Of a stretch of DNA of 64,000 nucleotides, positions 35,431 to 49,200 are shown one piece after another; positions within the stretch are counted from its first letter, which is position 1, and the number at the start of each line of letters is the position of its first letter. The position numbers and the translations under genes were made by a program. This stretch comes from Lingula anatina (taxonomy: Eukaryota; Animalia; Brachiopoda), in contig CM120649.1 of assembly GCA_051362555.1 (NCBI GenBank), positions 12,152,001 through 12,216,000 of the forward strand. Reading direction: 5' to 3'. Under the pieces are notes generated by a model. That model was given only the letters and a program-made list of their open reading frames with translations. It was not told where the DNA came from and did not search any database.

Positions 35431-37813
35431 TGAAACACTGTATCCACTTACTCATCACCAGCACAAGTGCCCGTGTCCAGCTCAGGTAGGTCATGCTAAG
35501 AGGAAATCGGATAATCTCTGCGGAAAATTGAGCAAATTCAGGGGTAAAGACCGCATGTTGCTTCAGGTCTACTGACTTTTCAAAAGAAATAAAAGAATTT
35601 ATCTCGCTATCGCTGATATTAAACAAAAGAAATACGCAAACGAGTTAGCGACTCAAACCACGATTATATGGTGCGAACGTATAGATAGTAGCCGCGAACA
35701 TCACAGTGCAAATCGCGAACTGTCAATCCGATCACCTATCTGATAGGATCGTTCCGTATGTGCCAGATATTGTTGTTGTGGAAAGGAAGCGAATATCCTT
35801 GAAGGATCTTCTTTGGGATTTTTTATCCGGGCATTGCAGAACCTGGGTTTTGCAAATTCTTTTTAAGGGATAAATGAAGTACATTATATACTTTAGGTGA
35901 CAGATATTTAAGCCGGTCAAGTTGACAGCAATTTAGTGAGACTCCCCAGGGAGATAGATCGATCCAAATATCTGTGGGAATGGTCCCTTAGTTATGTCTC
36001 CACAGACACCAAACGGGGGAGGGGGTGAAAAGGAAGATGACCTAAAAAAAGTCTGAAGAGCCTAACATTACAACAGGTTCTCCCATTATTACGATCACCT
36101 TAAGTCCACCGAACAATGTCTCTTCGGGAATTAGTGCTAAGGTCTTGTGTGACATTGCTACGGGCTAATGGTTGCATAATTTTGCCAAAACTTTCAGCAT
36201 CACAAAAGAATCTACGGAGGCCATCCACAATGAACGTACGGTCAAGTATTACTTACTAGGTTTTACGCGTAACAGTAACCAAGTATGGAAAAGTTTGTTT
36301 AGAGTATATCAAGTTTAGAAAATAAAGACTGAACTCCCAATTAAAAAAACTGAGAAAACGCTTGCTTACATGATTATTTTTATTGATGAAATATATATAT
36401 TTACAGGCAATTTATTACTGTACATCGCTAGAATGTGGAGAAAGCCCCAGATTGTGTTGGCTGCGACTGAATCTCACCAAACACAATCTGTATGCCTTTA
36501 ATATAAAACACTTCCGCTGCATAATAAATACCAATGTACATTACTACTTCGCAGAAACCAATTCACCTTTTGAAATAAATACAGTGATGTACTATAATTA
36601 CAATGTTTCAATACAATGAAGAATTTTACAATGTTGAGTAAATTTTAAAGTACACTTCCATATTTCCACGCATTTCTTAAATTTTATAATAAAGTATCTG
36701 GCAAAACGGGTTATTTTTGCACCCGTCCATATATTTGAACTCTTCACCCACCCCATGGATGCATTGTTCTATGGCTTATTATAAATATTTAATGCCTCAG
36801 ATATAATATCATTGATTTGGATGAAAGCCTGAGTACATATTACCCTTGAGGTAAAACTGAAAAGAACATTTTGTCGTTGGTTAAAACACTTATAACTACT
36901 GATATGAAAGACCCATCAAACCAGTGTAATCCAACCAAGCCAATAATTTAAGTACATTTTACATTTTTGTATATGTAATATAACCACCATGAGTCAGCGA
37001 GGTGTACGTAATGAATACAAAGCACACATGGATGCCCCATACACCTTGCTGACGAGTGGTGTATCTGACTTTTACCCAGGCATATGTCGTTAATGAAAGA
37101 CCCAGGTGTGGGAGCAATGCTCACTTATGCATGGTGTGCATAAGCGAAACCACTCCACATCTGGATGTTTTGTTTCCTGACATACATTGCAGTATAAGTC
37201 AGTACAATATATGTATCACAATTACCATTGTAGAAAAAATATATTTCATTTTTAATACACACTGAATTTGGAAAATCCAACCCCTTTCACTAGCACCAAA
37301 GGAGATATGGTTTGGCTATATATTCAAGTCCACCTGAATTTTTTGGTATTATATAATTCTTCTTAGTATTTACCTTGGCTTTGCAAATGGTTTTCGTTTT
37401 AAATTGTCAAATGTTTTTCTTTTCCTAATATTCCACCATTCCACAATTTCTCATTTTCAGACACTCAATGCAATTTTCTGATGCAAAGCAAACTCTTTTC
37501 TCAAAATATTTGATTCAATATTTTAAAATGTTTCTTGGAAGATCATACATCTGTGTTGTTCAAATATATCAACTATTTACTATAACTTTAAACCATCTTT
37601 TTGTAGTTTATCTTAGACAAGGTGAAGACAATTTCAAACCACCATATTTGAATAAAAACTACCAGGATTTTGTTTCATTCTGATAGAAATAAATCACCAC
37701 AGTCATATTGCCAACTGCTGGCTGATAATAGCAGAATTAATGGATTGATCAAGCAGCTAATATAAGTGTCTTTAAGTACTAAAATCATGTATGATTTTTA
37801 GATCTTATAATAA

Positions 37814-40316
37814 AACTAGAGGATCAGAGAGGCGATACCGCCTCCGAATATTGTACCACCAGCTGGAGCAAGCGCATTCGTATAGACCCCCACATATACA
37901 AAATAAGGAACACAGCCACCAGTCTTGTGCTTGACAAGCTGTAAAAATGCAATCAACAAGAATTTTCAAAATATGCAAAAAATATATATATAACTAAAAA
38001 TGGTACAATCAAAGTTAAGTTCATCGTAAGGTAGGTCAAAGGTCAATTCCAAGGTCACAGTAAATTGCCAGTATATGACTTCCTATTCAACTTCAATAGT
38101 AACTATGGGCCTATCTCTGCCAGGTTTGGAGTTCAAAGAGAAAGAAATTAGCAGAGTTCAGTTCATGATAATAAGTAGGTCAAAGGTCAATTTCAAGGTC
38201 ACACTTAGATTGCCAGTATATGACTTCCTATTCACGTTCAATAGTAACTATGGACCTATCTCTGCCAGTTTTGGAGATAAAAGGGACTAAATGGTATAAT
38301 TTTGGAGTTACCATAATGTGCCATAAATTTCCTACAGAAAAAATTAATTAAAATAAAGAAAAGGTCATTTTGGTCAAAATTCTTGAAATGGGAGGTGCTC
38401 TGAAGTTCCAGATGTTCAAATTTGATGAAATAATGTCATTTTTGACCACAAGTTGTCTGCTTTGCCAAGCCTTATGTTTTATTTTTCCGGAGTTCATAAT
38501 TTATTATCCATTGCCGTACTGCACATTTTGCTTTCACCACCAATATGTACTTTTTGATACAGCGTAACTTTGGAGATAAAAGGGAATCAAAATTTGCAAA
38601 ATTCAGTTCATGGTGAAAAGTAGGTCAAAGGTCAATTTTAAGGTCACATGTAGATTGCCAGTATATGACTTCCTATTCAAGTTCAACAGAGACTATGGAC
38701 CTATCTCTGCCAGTTTTGGAGATAAAAGGGAAGCAAAATTTGCAAAGTTCAGTTCATGGTGAAAAGAAGGTCAAAGGTTAATTTTAAGGTCACGTGTAGA
38801 TTGCCAGTATATGACTTCCTATTCAAGTTCAATAAAAACTATGGACCTATCTCTGCCAGTTTTGAAGATAAAAGGGAAGCAAAATTTGCAAAGTTCAGTT
38901 CATGGTGAAAAGTAGGTCAAAGGTCAATTTTAAGGTCACATTTAGATTGCCAGTATATGACTTCCTATTCAAGTTCAATAGTAACTATGGACCTATCTCT
39001 GCCAGTTTTGGAGATAAAAGGGAAGCAAAATTTGCAAAGTTCAGTTCATGGTGAAAAGTAGGTCAAAGGTCAATTTTAAGGTCACATTTAGATTGCCAGT
39101 ATATGACTTCCTATTCAACTTCAATAGTAACTATGGACCTATCTCTGCCAGTTTTGGAGATAAAAGGGAAGCAAAATTTGCAAAGTTCAGTTCATGGTGA
39201 AAAGTAGGTCAAAGGTCAATTTTAAGGTCACATTTAGATTGCCAGTATATGACTTCCTATTCAACTTCAATAGTAACTATGGACCTATCTCTGCCAGTTT
39301 TGGAGATATAAGGGACTAAATGGTATAATTTTGGAGTTACCATAATGTGCCATAAATTTCCTACAGAAAAAATTAATTAAAATAAAGAAAAGGTCATTTT
39401 GGTCAAAATTCTTGAAATGGGAGGTGCTCTGAAGTTCCAGATGTTCAAATTTGATGAAATAATGTCATTTTTGACCACAAGTTGTCTGCTTTGCCAAGCC
39501 TTATGTCTTATTTTTCCGGAGTTCAAAATTTATTATCCATTACCGTACTGCACATTTTGCTTTCACCACCAATATGTACTTTTTGATACAGCGTAACTCG
39601 AAAACCGTATGGAATACAAAAAAACCGAGACCACCTCCAGTGTTGGGCTTTACATGCTCTACAAAATGCAAAAAAGAATGGGTGTCTAGCATTAACGGTT
39701 CCCAAATTAGAGACAGTTTTCAGTTTCGATATCTTATGGCCGCTACTCCCGTGAAAATGCACCGATTGACCCCAAATTCACGGAGATGAAAGATGACCCG
39801 AAGGGTAACACTTTCCATTAATATTATTAGTTAAGTCTGTGTGGTGGCTGAATAAGACCGCAAATAATTTTTTTTTCGGCAAAAATTTTGTTTTTTTGAA
39901 AATTTTGGCCCGTTTGACCTTGAAATAAAGGTCAAAGGTCAAATCCAAGGGCATATTTGAAATCTACACATATGACTTTTGGAAAGCTGTCTGTAGAAAT
40001 TTTTCCCATAATTCCTTCCGTAGGGGAGATAATTAGCATTTAATTTTGCCATTTTTGGACAAGGGTGCATTGCAATGAGTGCCACACCTAGACCCCAATA
40101 CCGACAAAGCCCAAATTTTACGTGGAACGAGTTGAGATTATAGGTGACCTAAATCCAAGAGATGGGTATGGAGGCCCTTACCGTCTAGGAGGAGAAGCGG
40201 TAATGGTGACTTGGCGGCGGAGCCGCAGGAGCCGGCGGAGCCGCAGGAGCCGGCGGAACATACGGGTCGGGACTAAAACCATGTGTACCGCCAGCGCCTA
40301 CGCTGGTGGTACAATA
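37814..40316. mobile_element. Helentron-associated non-autonomous element (HINE-like) with an internal 146-bp satellite array, copy 1
   Basis: Starts aactagag, with a 5' hairpin gaggcgataccgcctc. Sub-terminal IR TTGTACCACCAGC (37851) / GCTGGTGGTACAA (~40302). 3' hairpin tgtaccgccagcg-ccta-cgctggtggtaca. (GGAGCCGCA/GGC)n microsatellite near the end. About seven 146-bp units and two ~300-bp modules. Confidence 0.75.
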
Positions 40317-40714
40317 AGTAGTTTTAAGGTTTCCTGGCCAAATTTGATGATATATAATAGCTAATTAGTGTTTTGGCGCATTAAGCAGTTGTGAAATGAC
40401 TTAGAAACACTAGCTATTAAAAAAATAAATAATGATAATAAACCACTGACAAAAATCTCCAACCAATTTTTTAAAATCAGTAGTCAGTAGGACCTTAACT
40501 CCAACCCATTACTTTGAGGATGATTTTTCCATCATAGATAAAATATTTCATATTTTGGATGGTAAAAAAACAAAGGACTTACATGTAGCAATAAATACTG
40601 ATAATTATAAAAAGGTTGTTGTCAGAGATAATTCATGCGGAATTCCTTAGTTTGCAATGAAAATACTTACAATGATCTAAATACATTTTGATTTTATAAT
40701 AATGCATATTATGT

Positions 40715-40761
<47 letters not shown>

Positions 40762-41084
40762 AAAAGATACTTCCAAAGCTGACACAAGACCATCCTCCAA
40801 GTTTATGGCATTAAACTTCAATACCAATAAACCATATACAAAAGATTGAAAAGGTAACAAAAAAGACGACCAAGTTTGCTGTTTTAAGAATTTGCAGGAT
40901 GATCACATATGATAAATATCATTATCAGAGGTGAAATTAAAAATAAATATCACTTTTCTGAAAGAAAACAAAAAGTTTTGCCTAAACTCGACAGAAGTGT
41001 CTTGACTAGCTTGGTTGTATCTAAAAACAAGATCAGCAGCATCACAGTCTTTCCTTGTCGCCATGGCGACTGCACCACTTCCTG

Positions 41085-41198
41085 TCATACAGTTGACTGT
41101 TGTGTCTGTGGGGATTCCTGGATCAGTGCTTGCACTGCCAAAGATATTCTTGAGAAGTTCTTCTCCTCCAAAATGTCACTGGCTGAACACAGATGTTC
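41085..41198 (-). CDS. LRCH: LRCH alternative terminal exon B (CH last helix, soluble, ends -STV)
   Basis: Acceptor aacag at 41200-41199, phase 0. EHLCSASDILEEKNFSRISLAVQALIQESPQTQQSTV* is paralogous to exon A (C...DIL.E....R....VQ.L). Confidence 0.75.
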   Translation of the reverse strand, partial: EHLCSASDILEEKNFSRISLAVQALIQESPQTQQSTV

Positions 41199-43221
41199 CT
41201 GTTGTTTCATGGGGAGACGAGGATGAAAATAAGTAAAAAAAGAAGAAAAACATGCTTTTTTAAAAAATGAAGCAAGCTCTAGTGACACAATAACATAAAC
41301 TAACAGAGTAGTACAAAAAATACAAGACAAACACACACAAATATTACAAATACACACAAGACAACATTCACATACTTTCATTAAACTAAGATCTGTTGCT
41401 TAAAGAACCAAATTAGAAAAAAAAAGCAATACAGTATTGTTATGACTATTTTGTCATCTCCAACTATTGCTTGCCCATACCAGACAATCTTACACTCATT
41501 TCAGTAATTTTGGGTACAAGCCCCATGCACCTTTGTAAAGTTGAGCAAATGAACTCTTCTAAACATGCCCTTTTTAAGATTTTTAATCAGCAGCACAATG
41601 TTACTTAGCTCAGTAAAGTAAGTCTCCTTTAGTAGTTTACAGTTCCTATATATATATATATATTGCTGCCACAGGCTTAAAATTGTTGCCCTTCATTTTT
41701 CACTGGACACTAAATAACATTTAAGACCAGATGGCTACATTTACGCCTCTTTTTAAGATTAAGTGTGTATAATACAGATTAACTTATATAGTTGTACTTG
41801 ACATTGTCATGGGAGAAGTTACATATATGGTCCCACTGCAGCATTTTTTGACCAGTCACAATAAAAAATTTATCTACAAGACTGACACAAGAAATGGTCA
41901 CTTTTTTTTACCATAAAAATGGGCATGGAATGCAACTTTACTTGTACTTCACAACACTCAAGATTTCTTGTTATTCCTTACAACATATTATTATTGCATG
42001 AAAAGTGACTGTGCTATCTTTGCAATATCCATACACATTTAGCATCAAAAGGACCACATGTTTCAGTCATCATTGACTAGGGGCAGTGAGTTTTTGGCAT
42101 ATCAAACATAGAAGTCATATCACAGAAAGAACACAGATAATCACCCACAGAAGACTAGCATTTTTTCATTCCCCCAAAATAGACGTCCCATATTTCTTAG
42201 CTGCCTAAATCAATGGCAGTGTTTATATTGCATTTAGCATGTTTCAACTTTCAGCCACAAATCCAACATCATAGGAACTGTTGGCCTTACATTTTCTCAA
42301 TATAAACTTCCATTTGTAAAAAACCTGCATCAGTTTCTCTAGAAGCAGCTGTATTTTTCAAATACAAAAGGAATTCCCTGTCTATTTCTTCAGCAGTTCT
42401 CAACCATAGTAATAATAATGTACAAACAACAAACAAGAATAAGGACAATATCACAGGCCCATGATACTTTTCTTAATAAATTCTTCAGATATGGATTAAT
42501 GATAATTGTATTTTTCTGTAAAACATGGATATGGAATATAATTTTCAGCATAATATTTGACTAACATTTTTTGGAATCATATGATATCTTTCTCTGATCA
42601 TAAACCTCAACTTCAGCAGTTTCAACCTCCTACACAAGTAAACAACAAAATTACACAGAAAAAAAAATGCAAACACCAGATATGTTAACATCACAAAGGA
42701 CCAACCGTCCAAGTCAACTAGCAAGACAGGAATGAAGAACACAATCTTTTTAAGCCTCATGGCATGACATAAATGGGCCACTGTGGAGAAGTAAGCGTGC
42801 AAAAGAGGACACATATCAGGACATAATTCTACATCAGGCCAGATGCACCCTATGGGTCTGTTTTCTAATACTGTTGCCATCACTGGTCTCTTTTAAGGTA
42901 TCACTTCAGCCAAATTAAGTCTCTTTCACCATATCCCTTGAACTCACTGCTACATACAGGTATCCTTTCTGTATTTCAGAAAGTAGCAGTTGGTTAGCAT
43001 TTTATTATTTTTGAGAGAGTAAAAAAAAAAAAAAAAAAAGACTTAAGCAGTTAAACGCTGCCATTTTAGCAGAGGGGCTGGCAATGAATTAAAAGAGCCT
43101 GGCAAGTCCACACTACAAGTTCACAATTAGGTCACAAAAGAAGGCAACCAATAAGAAGCCAGCAAACAAATAATGAAGCATGTGCAAACAAAGAGACAGC
43201 CAATCACAAAAGAGATAACAT

Positions 43222-46200
43222 TTATATGAACAAAGGGTGAAAACCAAGCAAAAGACAGGTCCCCAAGAAAACAACCAGGCACATCCAGGAGATTATCTTA
43301 TCTTTGAGCGTTATGCGCGGTAAGTCGAGTAATTGTTGCACAGTTTTTACGACTCGACGAGGGCGTATTTCATCCAAGATATCATCTGGTGTGCAGACGA
43401 CGTCCTGAAAGAATGGGAGACAGAAATCCAAGTTGTAGTTATGGCAGCCATTACATTAATCTGCAGACAATTTTTGTTCTACGAAAAAATTTACAGACAA
43501 AATGTAAAGCTAATACCAAAAAGTAACATTTAATAAACAAGAACAACAACAACAACAACCACCAAAAAGCATGGTAAATGCAGACTTATTGGCTTTCAAT
43601 GATTACCCCTATTCATCCAAATCATTGGTATGTATAAATAAAGAACTAAAATATATCCATTTTTTAAACTAAATAGAACAGAATCCTTTTTTTTTATCCT
43701 TATTGGCTTTTGCTAGTGCACTTAATAAAAATTGTAATTGGTGTAAAATGCTTAAACATAAATTTGAAAATACCTGCGTGGAGGTTTTAATGCAAATATA
43801 GTGAAATATACCAAAATTAATATTAAATTTACCGTGCCAAAACTGTGCAACAATTTCATACAGATTTAAGTCAAAAACTCATAATCAGGGCCACTGTGAG
43901 AACTGTCAAGGTTATAATAAGAAATTTGTAAGCTACCGTACTATTTCATTGTAAAATTTTATAGTAACATTTCATGTTTCTTTATTTCTGTGTTTTTTCA
44001 TCATGGTCTTCATTTGCCTTGTACCCACTGTCAAAACATTTTAGTTCTTCCAGGGGGCATGTAGATGAAGTTTCCCGTCATGCCATTCAGGATCATATCA
44101 TATCATATAAACCTTTATGCATTTGCATGTGCATTGAAAAGTGCATGATGTAATATATGAACAATGTGTGAATACAAGGACTTACATGAACACGCATCAT
44201 GCTTACTGTGCCTGCAAAGTAAATGCACACAATACACTTCCAAGAGAGCTTGCTTGGTTACTTAATCCTGTCATAACAGAAACATTCCACATTTTTTTCT
44301 AAACAAACTAAATATATGGAAAACTAGAGGATCAGAGAGGCGATACCGCCTCCGAATGTTGTACCACCAGCTGGAGCAAGCGCATTCGTATAGACCCCCC
44401 ACATACACAAAATAAGGGACACAGCCACCAGTCTTATGCTTGACAAGCTATAAAAATGTAATCAACAAGAATTTTCAAAATACGCAAAAAATATATATAA
44501 CTTAAAATGGTACAATCAAAGTTAAGTTAAGGTAGGTCAAAGGTCAATTTCAAGGTCACAGTAAATTGCCAGTATATGACTTTCTATTCAACTACAATAG
44601 TAACTATGGACCTATCTCTGCCAGGTTTGGAGTTAAAAGAGAAAGAAATTAGCAGAGTTCAGTTCATGATTATAAGTAGGTCAAAGGTCAATTTCAAGGT
44701 CACACTTAGATTGCCAGTATATGACTTCCTATTCAAGTTCAATAGTAACTATGGACCTATCTCGCTAGTTTTGGAAATAAAAGGGAACCAAAATTTGCAA
44801 AGTTCAATTCATGATAAAAAGTAGGTCAAAGGTCAATTTCAAGGTCACATTTAGATTGCCATTATATGACTTCCTATTCAACTTCAATAGAAACTATGGA
44901 CCTATCTCTGCCAGTTTTGGAGATAAAAGGGAGGCAAAATTTGCAAAGTTCAGTGCATGGTGAAGAGTAGGTCAAAGGTCAATTTCAAGGTCACAGTAAG
45001 ATTGCCAGTACATGACTTCCTATTCAACTTCAATAGTAACTATGGACTTATCTCTGCCAGTTTTGGAGATATAAGGGACTAAATGTTATAATTTTGGAGT
45101 TACCATAATGTGCCATAAATTTCCTACGGAAAAAATTAATTAAAATAAAGAAAAGGTCATTTTGGAAAAAAAAACCTTGAAATGGGAGGTGCTCTGAAGT
45201 TCCAGATGTTCAAATTTGATGAAATAATGTCATTTTCGACCACAAGTTGCCTGCTTTGCCAAGCCTTATGTTTTATTTTTCCGGAGTTCAAAATTTATTA
45301 TCCATTACCGTACTGCACATTTTGCTTTAACCACCAAAATGTACTTTTTGATAAGGTGTAACTTTGGAGATAAAAGGGAAGCAAAATTTGCAAGGTTCAG
45401 TTCATGATGAAAAGTAGGTCAAAGGTCAATTTCAAGGTCACAGTAGGATTGCCAGTATATGACTTCCTATTCAACTTCAATAGTAACTATGGACCTATCT
45501 CTGCCAGTTTTGGAGATAAAAGGGAACCAAAATTTGCAAAGTTCAGTTCATGGTGAAAAGTAGGTCAAAGGTAAATTTTAAGGTCACATTTAGATTGCTA
45601 GTATATGACTTCCTATTCAACTTCAATAGTAACTATGGACCTATCTCTGCTAGTTTTGGAGATAAAAGGGAAGCAAATTTTCCAAAGTTCAGTTCATGGT
45701 GGAAAGTAGGTCAAAGGTCAATTTCAAGGCCACATTTAGATTGCCAGTATATGACTTCATATTCAAGTTCAATAGAAACTATGGACCTATCTCTGCCAGT
45801 TTTGGAGATAAAAGGGAGGCAAAATTTGCAAAGTTCAGTTCATGGTGAAAAGTAGGTCAAAGGTCAATTTCAAGGTCACAGTAAGATTGCCAGTACATGA
45901 CTTCCTATTCAACTTCAATAGTAACTATGGACTTATCTCTGCCAGTTTTGGAGATATAAGGGACTAAATGTTATAATTTTGGAGTTACCATAATGTGCCA
46001 TAAATTTCCTACAGAAAAAATTAATTAAAATAAAGAAAAGGTCATTTTGGTAAAAATTCCTGAAATGGGAGGTGCTCTGAAGTTTCAAATGTTCAAATTT
46101 GATGAAATAATGTCATTTTCGACCACAAGTTGCCTGCTTTGCCTAGCCTTATGTTTTATTTTTACGGAGTTCAAAATTTATTATCCATTACCGTACTGCA

Positions 46201-49200
46201 CATTTTGCTTTAACCACCAAAATGTACTTTTTGATACAGCGTAACTTTGGAGATAAAAGGGAAGCAAAATTTGCAAAGTTCAGTTCATCATGAAAAGTAG
46301 GTCAAAGGTCAATTTCAAGGTCACAGTAAGATTGCCAATATATGACTTCCTATTCAAGTCCAATAGTAACTATGGACCTATCTCTGCCAGTTTTGGGGAT
46401 AAAAGGGAACCAAAATTTGCAAAGTTCAATTCATGATAAAAAGTAGGTCAAAGGTCAATTTCAAGGTCACATTTAGATTGCCAGTATATGACTTCCTATT
46501 CAACTTCAATAGTAACTATGGACATATGTCTGCCAGGTTTGGAGTTAATAGAGAAAGAAATTAGCAGAGTTCAGTTCATGGTAAAAAGTAGGTCAAAGGT
46601 CAATTTTAAGGCCACATTTAGATTGCCAGTATATGACTTCCTATTCAACTTCAATAGTAACTATGGACCTATCTCTGCCAGTTTTGGAGATAAAAGGGAA
46701 GCAAAATTTGCAAAGTTCAGTTCATGACGAAAAGTAGGTCAAAGGTCAATTTCAAGGTCACAGTAAGATTGCCAGTATATGACTTCCAATTCAAGTTCAA
46801 TGGTAACTATGGACCTATCTCTGCCAGTTTTGAAGATAAAAGGGAACCAAAATTTGCAAAGTTCAATTCATGATAAAAAGTAGTTCAAAGGTCAATTTCA
46901 AGGTCACATTTAGATTGCCAGTATATGACTTCCTATTCAACTTCAATAGTAACTATGGACCTATCTCTGCCAGGTTTGGAGTTAAAAGAGAAAGAAATTA
47001 GCAGAGTTCAGTTCATGGTGAAAAGTAGGTCAAAGGTCAATTTTAAGGTCACATTTAGATTGCCAGTATATGACTTCCTATTCAACTTCAATAGTAACTA
47101 TGGACCTATCTCTGCTAGTTTTGGAGATAAAAGGGAAGCAAAATTTCCAAAGTTCAGTTCATGGTGAAAAGTAGGTCAAAGGTCAATTTAAAGGTCACAT
47201 TTAGATTGCCAGTATATGACTTCCTATTCAACTTCAATAGTAACTATGGACCTATCTCTGCTAGTTTTGGAGATAAAAGGGAAGCAAAATTTCCAAAGTT
47301 CAGTTCATGGTGAAAAGTAGGTCAAAGGTCAATTTCAAGGTCACAGTAAGATTGCCAGTATATGACTTCCTATTCAACTTCAATAGTAACTATGGACCTA
47401 TCTCTGCCAGTTTTGGAGATATAAGGGACTAAATGTTATAATTTCGGAGTTACCTTAATGTGCCTTAAATTTCCTACAGAAAAAATTAATTAAAATAAAG
47501 AAAAGGTCATTTTGGTCAAAATTCTTGAAATGGGAGGTGCTCTGAAGTTCCAGAAGTTCAAATTTGATGAAATAATGTCATTTTTGACCACAAGTTGTCT
47601 GCTTTGCCAAGCCTTATGTTTTATTTTTCCAGAGTTCAAAATTTATTATCCATTACCGTACTGCACATTTTGCTTTCACCACCAATATGTACTTTTTGAT
47701 ACAGCGTAACTCGAAAACCGTATGGAATACAAAAAAACGGAGACCACCTCCAGTGTTGGGCTTTACATGCTCTACAAAATGCAAAAAAGAATGGGTCTCT
47801 AGCATTAACGGTTCCCGAATTACAGACAGTTTTCAGTTTCGGTATCTTATGGCCGCTACACCCGTGAAAATGCACCGATTGACCCCAAATTCACACAGAT
47901 GAAAGATGACCTGAAGGGTAATATTTTCCAATAATTTTATTGGTTAAGTCTGTGTGGTATCTGAATAACAGCGCAAATAAATTTTTTTTTGTAAAAAAAT
48001 TCATTTTTTTGAAAATTTTTTGCCCGTTTGACCTTGAAATAAAGGTCAAAGGTCAAATCCAAGGGCATATTTGAAATCTACACATATGACTTTTGGAAAG
48101 CCGTCTGTAGAAATTTTTCCCATAATTCCTTCCGTAGGGTAGATAATTAGCATTTAATTATGCCATTTTTGGACAAGGGTGCATTGCAATGAGTGCCACA
48201 CCTAGACCCCAATACCGACAAAGCCCAAATTTTACGTGGAACGAGTTGAGATTATAGGTGACCTAAATCCAAGAGATGGGTATGGGGGCCCTTACCGTCT
48301 AGGAGGAGAAGCGGTAACGGTAACATGGCGGCGGAGCCGGCGGAGCCGCAGGAGCCGGCGGAGCCGCAGGAGCCGGCGGAACGGACCGGACGGGACTAAA
48401 ACCATGTGTACCGCCAGCGCTAACGCTGGTGGTACAATTATCCTCAGCATACTAACCTGGCCATTTAACAGACACATTAAATGAGGTAAATATCTTTGTT
48501 AAATTATGCCAAAAATGTAAATGAGAGCTACAAACAGCATGTCAAACTCATACGCCTGTATATAGCCATTTAAATCTGATTTCTTAACACTAATGGTGGA
48601 CCTAGCTCAGTGGGGCTAACTGACCCAATGGAAGACCTTGACCCTATGAAGGACATTGACCCTATGGAAAGCTGAAATATTCTACTGTGTGTCCTTAGGT
48701 GGTCTTTCCACAGATAATGTTGCACATGTGCCGACTATGTCATGCATGTTACATTCTGGTCTACATAGTTGCACTGCCATTTCTGGTCAGCTTTCAAAGT
48801 TAGCTGATGCATCTACATGGCTTCTCGGTGCTACCAGAAGTAGACATGCAACCATGACCAGTGGGAACGGGTTAACGGTACATGTGCGTCATTATCTGTG
48901 GCAAGGTCCACACACTCAGCTCAATTCAAAATTTGGGCAAAGTGCACATATGTGATTGGAGGGATGGAGGGGGGGGGGGGGTAGAAAAACAACAGACAAA
49001 AAAATATCTTTGTTGGCTGAATGACTTTCTCTTTGGAACTATGCACTTTTTGGTAATCTTTTAACATGCAGATAAATTTTAAGAAAATTCCAGCCCACTT
49101 TCTTTTAGATTGGAATAAAAAAATAAAAGCAAATATATATAGTCGGAAAAAAGGGGGATGATCATTGTAGTGGTAATCAAGGGAATAAAAATGTTGTGAG

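Noticed and set aside
38570-39310. Regularly spaced repeats as a CRISPR array
   Set aside because: The units are contiguous 146-bp near-identical monomers with no unique spacers, there are no cas genes, and the context is eukaryotic.
38075-48484. Repeated ORFs such as MTSYSTSIVTMDLSLPG, MVKILEMGGALKFQ and MERVEIIGDLNPRDG...RRSRRSRR
   Set aside because: These are translations of satellite units and a microsatellite inside the HINE-like elements. They are interrupted by stops and show no domain. The Arg-Ser run is not a protamine.
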